From Selaginella moellendorffii (taxonomy: Eukaryota; Plantae; Lycopodiophyta): a stretch of 64,000 nucleotides of DNA. The stretch is from NCBI RefSeq assembly GCF_000143415.4, contig NW_003314267.1:1371309-1435308 (forward strand), in the 5' to 3' direction. Positions 58,601-64,000 of this stretch are shown here, one piece after another. How positions within the stretch are numbered: the first letter of the stretch is position 1; every line of letters begins with the position of its first letter. Under the pieces are notes generated by a model that was not told where the DNA came from, searched no databases, and saw only the letters and a program-made list of their open reading frames with translations. The position numbers were made by a program, and so were the translations under genes.

Positions 58601-61600
58601 AAGGAAAAACTCAAAACTCAACCCCTACTTGTAGCATATGTGATTTTTACCCTTTATCTTATAGTGATTTACCATAGGATAACCACAAAACAAAACCTAA
58701 ACCCTTTATGTGCCACATGTCACATGCCACGTGTCCATAGGACAGTGGTGTAGAACCCAAGTTTCAGGGCCTTGGGCCATTGAATGAAAGAATAAAGCTA
58801 AACTCCCAAACATGGAGCCAAGGAGCGATGGAACTGGACCATAGAATAACTCCCAAGTATACAACTCAAGGAGAGAAGGGACAGGAGTACGGAGTAACTT
58901 GGAACAGTCCTAGAGCATTCAGCATCCCAATGCTAGGATCAATAAGCAAAACGGAGCCAAATGGAGCCAAACAGAGTCTAGCGCTATTTCAGTATAATGC
59001 AACCCCCCTCCAGTTTAGGGTTTGTGTTAGTCTGATTCTGGTCTCAAATGCTATTTACGGAAAGTAGTTTGTGTTAGTCTCATTTTGGTCTCAAATGCTA
59101 TTTACGGAAAGTGTCCAAATTTGCTTCTTTGGCATATCTATGGAAAGTAAAGATTGTTTTGAACATAATGGTGTTCGTCTCGTGTCCAAATTTGCAATCG
59201 AAACTTACTAAATATGGAATGTCTCTAAATGGCAAATTTGGACACGAGACGAACCCCCCCCCCCTCAGGAACGCACGCTTTGGGCTTTCACCTTTAACCA
59301 TCCTTAGTACCAGAAGTTAGTCTTTGGGACAAGCTTAAAACTTACTAAATATGGAATGTCTCTAGATTGCAAATTTAAATATGAGACGAACACTATTGTG
59401 TTCAAAACAATCTTTACTTCATAGATATGCTAAATGAGCAAATTTGGACACTTTCTGTAAATAGCATTTGAGACCAGAATGAAACTAACACAAAGGGCAT
59501 GATAGCGAGGGTGTTTAGCAAACATAGTAAGGTATCATCCAGCGATATTGAGAGATTAGTCTCAATACGTGAGGGTTCTTATCACTAGCCAGTGCAAGAC
59601 ACAATGAGACGGGAACTCCTTACTAGGCTAAATATGCTTAGCTAATAGCACGTAGGAATTCTGTTTTTATGCTCGTCTGGTTTAAATACACTCGAAATGT
59701 CCAATTAACTCCACTAGCACAAGAGGGATTGATAAAGGGTCTAGCAATACTTACCTCCTGCCGTCGTGGCAGTAAGTAAAGAGTGTCCGTAAGGACTAGA
59801 TAATAGGTAACTTTCAATACCCGAAATCACATTTGCAACACTACTAAACAATCCCATTTAGAATACAATTAACTCAACTTGCTACTTAGTTCATTTGAAC
59901 GTCAATACAATTGTTAATTAGAAAATGCACAAATGCCAATAACACAAAGCTACAACTAAATCATCAACACTATCTTTATCAAGACTAATGAAACTCAATA
60001 TCAATCATAAGGAGAGACATCTCACTTCACTCAAATCTCAATACCAATAATGTCAATAATAATGCATCGCTTTAATGCCATCAACACAATAATAAAGCTA
60101 ATAGAAAGCATGAGTGAATCACTATTCAAATCTCTCTAACAACCAAACTAACCAAATTCGAAGATACCTTAATTAATATCTGAGACCAATCTTTCAACAA
60201 TACTTTGTTTTAGATAACACATCATCAAGAAGTGATTCACCATATCTAAAACTCAATGAAATTTAACACTATAGACTAAATGCAACCAAATAATATCAAT
60301 AGAGGTAGAGTTGATATGCCAATATGGAAAACCCATATAAGTTTAATGATACGATGCTCCACAATACCATCTGGTAAAACAAGCCTATCACCAATAAAAA
60401 TTCATTGAGTGAAGCAAGTGTTAACAATCCTTGACAAAGTGTATAAACAATCACTAAATGCAAAGCAATTAGCAATCACTCTTCAACTTGCTTTCACAAG
60501 ACCCAAATACTAAACTCATGTCATTGAGTCACATACTTGTGCAACATGAATGTAATACCTTAGATACAAGATATAGAAACATGAACAAGCATGAACTAAA
60601 TGACCACTTGAATCCAACTCAACCGTAATAAGCTCACTAATGCATTTAGCCAATAGCTCTAAGCATGCTTTAAAGAGGTTAGCTATGCATAATCAATACT
60701 TAGTTGAAACTAAAGTGAAGACCATGAGATGGACCTATATTAGTATACAACCTCCTCATAAACAAAGCTATAGGATGGGTACCAATATCTCAATCTTAAA
60801 CAACTAAATTGAACATCACCATCCTCAACCAAGGCACAAGGCCACCAAAACCAAGTCAAGATTAATGAAAACTCACTACTCTCATAGAGTTTAACGAAAT
60901 GTAAGATGCAATCTACTACCAAGCATAATACTACAGAAGAAAGGCACAAGATCACCTTTCCTAAAAAAATGCAACGACCACTTTTCTATACCAACTTTAG
61001 ACTCTATCCAATTTAATTGCCTTAGCCCCAAAAGTTAAGATCCCTTTCAGGTTACAACATACATACTAAGGTCTAAGCTAACTAAAGTCAACTTCAACCT
61101 TTTCACTAGTTTGTACTAGCTTATAAAAACAGAAAAGTTTTCGGACAAAATGATTAACAGATCAGCTATTGGAAAAGTCTAAGAAAATTTGTGGGAAATT
61201 CCATCCTAAAGAAAGAATGACTCTAAGTCCAAGAATGCAAACTTTCAAGACTCAACCAACTTCCTCCTACTAACAATTTCAAATAAGTTCACCTCAACAC
61301 CAATTCTTATGATCCATAATATGCTTAAGCCTCGAACATTATGCTCATATTTCTGACATCCAACACCGACATCCGTAAAATGCAAAATGAATATCTAAGA
61401 CTTGACCACGAAAACCATATCTTCGGATATCTATATTGCATTAACACTCTTCTTCAACCACCTTCAAGATCCAATGTGAAGCTAAAACACTAACAAGAAA
61501 ATGATATTGAAAATCAAGGTATAAGGAGAATTCCTCATCACTCGAAATAACAATACCACTTCCATTGACACAAGTGCTAGTGATGTTAATGCCTTAACTA

Positions 61601-63795
61601 CACATCTTCTCCATCCAACAATTTATTCCAAGTGCTAACAAATAAACCGACGAGCTATAGTAAATGAATGTTACAACCCTTTTCCAACACCTTAATGGGC
61701 AAACTCCCGAGAAAACAAGGTATTAACTTAAACTTAGGATAATGGATCACCATTGAGAATCTAGTCAAAGCTATTCCAATGCTATTACATGCAAGTAAAC
61801 TAGCTTCACTATCAATCATTTTGGGGTTGATCATCGAATAACCAAGCAACTTCGTAAACACATTGTTCATTATCACATAGATATGATATAAGTATCACAA
61901 TGACTTAATCATCAATTAAGAAACACCACGAGCAACACCTATATCATTACTTCAAAGGTTTATATAACTATCAAGTGCCAATTCAATACGATAAAATGCA
62001 ACATAAATGCCACATTCCACCAATAGAAATTTACAACACCCAACACTATTAACTTTTGTTCACAACATGGACAAGCTCATGCCACTCTCTTTTCGACTAA
62101 ACTCAAAACTAATCCAACATCAAACTACTCAAGGAGCAATAGCAAGGTTCTTCAGAAAAGAATTAAGTATTGCAACCCAAGTCTTTCAATAGTAAGCCTA
62201 GACAAAATGGTTTAGCGCTTCATTGCTATCCATCCCAAAACTCACCATTTATAAAACAATTATAACCAAGATGCATCAAAATAGAGACTCTTGATTGCAT
62301 AATGTGAACACGGGTAATGAGTTAACATATCATTACAAATCATCTCTCCAAAAAGAGAAGATAATTTATGTGTCTGATCCTTCATTTCTGATGATTCTTT
62401 TTTCAATCTCATCTTTGACTAAACCTCAAGCTTATGTTTGCACTACCTTCAGTCCAATCCAAGAAAAGTTTATGAGAGAGCACAACAATGACTACTTGAA
62501 CCAATAGACTAATCCCTACAGTCTTTATTGACCCACTTATAATCATGCCTAGGAAGGATCCACTAGTGCCATGCTAAATAGCTATAGACCAGCCTATTTA
62601 CCACTCAAAGCAAACCCAGGGGAGGTTTTACTTTCACCCATGGTACATGGAACAACTCATGGAACCACCAATAGGTTAACATTAATCCTGCTAACTCAAA
62701 GTGTAACCTCGAGTTGCTAATGCACCTCACTCACGAGCCCAAGCAAACTCATGTTAATATGCCTCATTCATGAGCCCAAATGTAAACTCATGTAAATAGA
62801 GCATCTTAGTCCATCTTATGAGCCCAAGAGCAAATGGTATAAAAAGGTAACCAAAATTTATACCCAAGGAACAATTACGTAGCCTTTGCACTCAAATGTG
62901 TACTCACTCAGATTATCATTTTCATCTCTACATAACGAGACTAATTGCCCAATCTTATTGAATAGTACTCGTTGAGACTCTACCTCAGATACCAAATGTA
63001 GCACACATAGTTTTTACCCTTTACCCTATGGTGATTTTCCATAGAATAACCACGAAGTGGAACATAAACCTTTATGTGCCATGTGTTATATGCCGTATAA
63101 CACATGCCACATGTCCAATGGACAGTGGTGCGAAACCCGAGCTTCAAGGCCTTGGACCATTGAATGAAGGAATGGAATTAAACTCCTAAGCATGGGGCTA
63201 AGGAGCAACGGAATCAAATGGATGCTCTAGGATTGTTCCAAGTTACTTCGTGCTCCTGTCCCTTTGCTCCAATTAGGACAAGCTTGAAACTTACTAAATA
63301 TAGAATGTCTCTAGATTACGAATTTAGACACAGAATGAACACCATTGTATTCAAGATAATCTCTACATTCCATAGATATGCTAAATAAACAAATCTAAAT
63401 ACTTTCTATAAATAACATTTAGGACTGAAATGAGACTAACACAAAGGGCATGATAGGAAAGGTGTTTGGCAGACACAATAAGCTATCATCTAGCAAATAT
63501 TAAAGGACCAAGCTCAATATTGCAGAGATTCCCAACATTAGCAAGTGCAAGTCAACATCATGAGTTTCTCGTCACCGTGTTAAGTATGGTTGACTAAATG
63601 ATAACTTAAGATTTCCTTTTTTAGTGCATTTCCAGTTTAAGTGCACATGTGATAACCAGTTTTTCAACTAGTTTAGGCGAAGACTAATAAAGGATTCAGC
63701 AATACCAACCTCCTACTGTCGTGGCAGTAAGGAAAGAATATCTGAAAAAACTAGCTAATAGGTAACTTTTGATACCCAAAGTCACATTTGTGGCA
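55688..63795 (-). mobile_element. Old degenerate LTR retrotransposon (family B)
   Basis: LTRs ~55688-56792 and 62997-63795; poly-C PPT complement at 56793-56813; PBS complement CTCAGATACCA at 62984-62994; decayed A/C-rich interior with an RT-like relic (FSCLRLRYWY ~ FSKLDLRSGY near 60790). TSD not confirmed. Confidence 0.75.
58630..59840 (-). mobile_element. Solo LTR (family B) inside the family B element
   Basis: TGTAGC...TTTGCAACA with perfect 5-bp TSD CTACT. Confidence 0.9.
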
Positions 63796-63918
63796 ATATT
63801 AATGTAGTGAGATTTTAATAGCCATCAAATTTGTTTTCATTTATACCACTCACTTTTGTATATAAATTATAGTTTTCTGGTTAATCATTATATATTCCAT
63901 TTATTCCATACACTCACA
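63796..63918 (+). repeat. Degenerate 3' part of a family A-like LTR
   Basis: ATATTAATGTAGTGAGATTTTAATAGCC...ACCACTC...GTATATAA...ACTCACA aligns to 9493-9629. Confidence 0.65.
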
Positions 63919-64000
63919 ATATTATATATATATTAATAATATTAATAATTTAACAAAATAATAAATTAATTTGTGAGGTACAAGTTAATGCTATTGTAAT

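Overview
Plant nuclear DNA, most likely a lycophyte such as Selaginella (inferred from ~50-nt introns and the style of the PPR gene). The left ~9 kb is host-like: a single-exon PLS/E-class PPR gene, a small unknown minus-strand gene with a degenerate duplicate, and a highly divergent proteasome-beta-like (Ntn hydrolase) gene. The rest is a nested transposon stack. (1) A large TIR DNA transposon (12076-35045; ~22-bp TIRs, AGCT on both sides; ~13.9 kb once a nested retroelement is removed). It encodes a Sola1/DUF7869-like DDE transposase and, divergently, a multi-exon ParB-like + degenerate amino-methyltransferase-like + acidic + FCP1/NIF phosphatase-like gene. More than 20 copies of a fixed-spacer 22-bp palindrome (ATGGCRTG-N6-CAYGCCAT) are scattered through it and were seen nowhere else. 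(2) Inside it, a Ty3/gypsy chromovirus (16643-25730, TSD ACATG) whose integrase region has two clean GT-AG introns that exactly restore the protein. (3) Several nested LTR elements: a non-autonomous family with 6/12-mer arrays in the LTR, a young gag-only element with extra ORFs, a short-LTR tRNA-Ala-primed element, and an old degenerate element containing a solo LTR. One N gap (45169-45760). All family assignments come from motif recognition by eye; no database search was run.
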